Shown in pieces: positions 22,839 through 24,000 of a DNA stretch of 24,000 bases (its first letter is position 1; each line of letters opens with the position of its first letter). The stretch is from positions 1,195-25,194 of the forward strand of contig MGQA01000002.1 in assembly GCA_001797665.1 (NCBI GenBank), given 5' to 3'. Source of the stretch: Deltaproteobacteria bacterium GWF2_42_12 (lineage in GTDB: Bacteria > Desulfobacterota > GWC2-55-46 > UBA9637). The position numbers and the translations under genes are program-made. The notes beneath the pieces are model-generated. The model had not been told where the DNA came from and searched no databases. It saw only the letters and a program-made list of their open reading frames with translations.

Positions 22839-23750
22839 ATGGGCATCCTGGTTGTAGGTTCTGTTGCACTTGATTCAGTTGAAACACCTTTTGGAAAGGC
22901 AGACAATGTCCTTGGCGGTTCAGCCACTTATTTTTCTACGGCTGCCAGTTATTTTACAGATGTCAGCCTCGTAGCTGTTATAGGTGAAGATTTTCCAGAT
23001 GAGCATATTAATTTTTTAAAAGAAAAAGGGGTAGATACAAACGGCTTACAAAAAATAGCTGGCAAGACATTTCGCTGGCAGGGGCGATATGAGTATGATT
23101 TAAACGAAGCCCATACCATTGCAACTCACCTAAATGTTTTTAAAAAATTTAAACCTCATATTCCAGCGGTCTATACAAAATCACCCTATGTGTTTCTTGC
23201 AAATATTGACCCAGAGATTCAATTGAATGTTCTCGAACAAGTCAAAAAGCCAAAATTCGTTGCATGTGATACAATGAATTTCTGGATAGAAGGCAAGCCT
23301 GATGCGCTTAAGGGGCTCTTGTCGAAAGTCGACCTGTTTGTCCTGAATGAAGGTGAGGCGCGAGAGTTTGCAAAAGAACCCAACCTTGTAAAGGCAGCAA
23401 AAAAAATTCTTGCATATGGCCCTAAAACAGTAATAATAAAAAGAGGGGAATACGGCGCATTGATGTTCAATGGTGGTTCTATATTTTCAGCACCTGCCTA
23501 TCCCCTGGAATCTGTATTTGACCCAACCGGCGCTGGCGACAGTTTTGCTGGAGGACTGATAGGATATCTTGCAAATATTGACAACACAAATGAATCTAAT
23601 ATAAGACAGGCAATTATCTTTGGGAGTGTCATGGCCTCATTTAATGTAGAGGATTTCAGCCTCAACAGAATGCGCACCCTGACACTAAAAGAGATTTACG
23701 ATAGATATAGAAAATTTAAGCAATTAACCCATTTTGAAGATATATCTTGA
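22839..23750 (+). CDS. PfkB-family carbohydrate/nucleoside kinase
   Basis: DPTGAGDSFAGG anion-hole motif. The ATG at 22839 is preceded by CAGGAGG. The ORF-track TTG at 22818 lies inside the hairpin and is unlikely. Confidence 0.85.
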   Translation: MGILVVGSVALDSVETPFGKADNVLGGSATYFSTAASYFTDVSLVAVIGEDFPDEHINFLKEKGVDTNGLQKIAGKTFRWQGRYEYDLNEAHTIATHLNVFKKFKPHIPAVYTKSPYVFLANIDPEIQLNVLEQVKKPKFVACDTMNFWIEGKPDALKGLLSKVDLFVLNEGEAREFAKEPNLVKAAKKILAYGPKTVIIKRGEYGALMFNGGSIFSAPAYPLESVFDPTGAGDSFAGGLIGYLANIDNTNESNIRQAIIFGSVMASFNVEDFSLNRMRTLTLKEIYDRYRKFKQLTHFEDIS

Positions 23751-23778
23751 AAACCGACAAGAGGCTAAGGAGTATGAG

Positions 23779-24000
23779 ATGATTAAGAATTTAGAAACTG
23801 GAAGTCAGAAACCAGCAGTCAAAGAAAGTATGCAGTACGCAGTATACAGTAGGCAGTTACTGTTTATTACCCACTGCTTACTGCTTACCGCTTACTGCCT
23901 CCTGGCAACTGTCTTTTACGGATGTGCAGGCTCAAAGGCAAATAGAAAGGAAGATGCAGATATACATTATAAGCTTGGGGTTGTTCATCTCAATGAAAGA
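23779..24000 (+). CDS. Lipoprotein (TPR-like), N-terminal fragment running off the window
   Basis: AAGGAG lies 6 nt upstream of the ATG at 23779. The frame is open to the window end, with a hydrophobic core and lipobox ...LLATVFYGC AGSK. It is absent from the ORF track, probably because no stop falls in the window. Confidence 0.55.
   Translation, partial: MIKNLETGSQKPAVKESMQYAVYSRQLLFITHCLLLTAYCLLATVFYGCAGSKANRKEDADIHYKLGVVHLNER
23828..23900. repeat. Heptamer-periodic hairpin overlapping the lipoprotein signal-peptide codons
   Basis: GTATGCA GTACGCA GTATACA GTAGGCA GTTACTG, loop TTTATTA, then CCCACTG CTTACTG CTTACCG CTTACTG CCT. Confidence 0.75.

Overview
This window looks like a low-GC, probably anaerobic, uncultivated bacterium. 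The main feature is a complete but miniature type II CRISPR-Cas locus at about 10.9-16.3 kb. It has a 747-aa Cas9-like effector with all RuvC-I/II/III and HNH catalytic motifs and a much reduced recognition lobe. Next to it lie an anti-repeat (tracrRNA candidate), a 6-repeat array (37-bp repeats, 35-37-bp spacers), and a cas1-cas2-cas4 adaptation module. cas4 is otherwise typical only of type II-B, whose effectors are about twice this size. From memory, this gene set matches the compact 'type II-D/Cas9d-like' lineages reported from metagenomes; I cannot verify that here. Flanking the locus are a Nudix gene, a small-ORF/nucleotidyltransferase pair, a DUF2283-like ORF and an AMMECR1 gene. The left part encodes Hdr-like Fe-S proteins and a three-gene split (archaeal-type) glutamate synthase. 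It also holds a minus-strand operon: a CxxCH-bearing beta-barrel outer-membrane protein, a cupredoxin-like protein, a HAMP-PAS protein and a Cache-HAMP histidine kinase. The right part is a cell-envelope cluster (NlpC/P60, EnvC-like M23, S41 C-terminal protease, YibQ-like deacetylase), a PfkB kinase and a truncated lipoprotein gene. Several unexplained non-coding structures recur. One is a ~127-bp palindromic element present twice, once wedged between cas1 and cas2. Another is a family of hairpins whose arms are tandem 7-nt repeats. There is also a G/C-tract palindrome in frame inside the Nudix gene, and two hairpin-dense intergenic regions.
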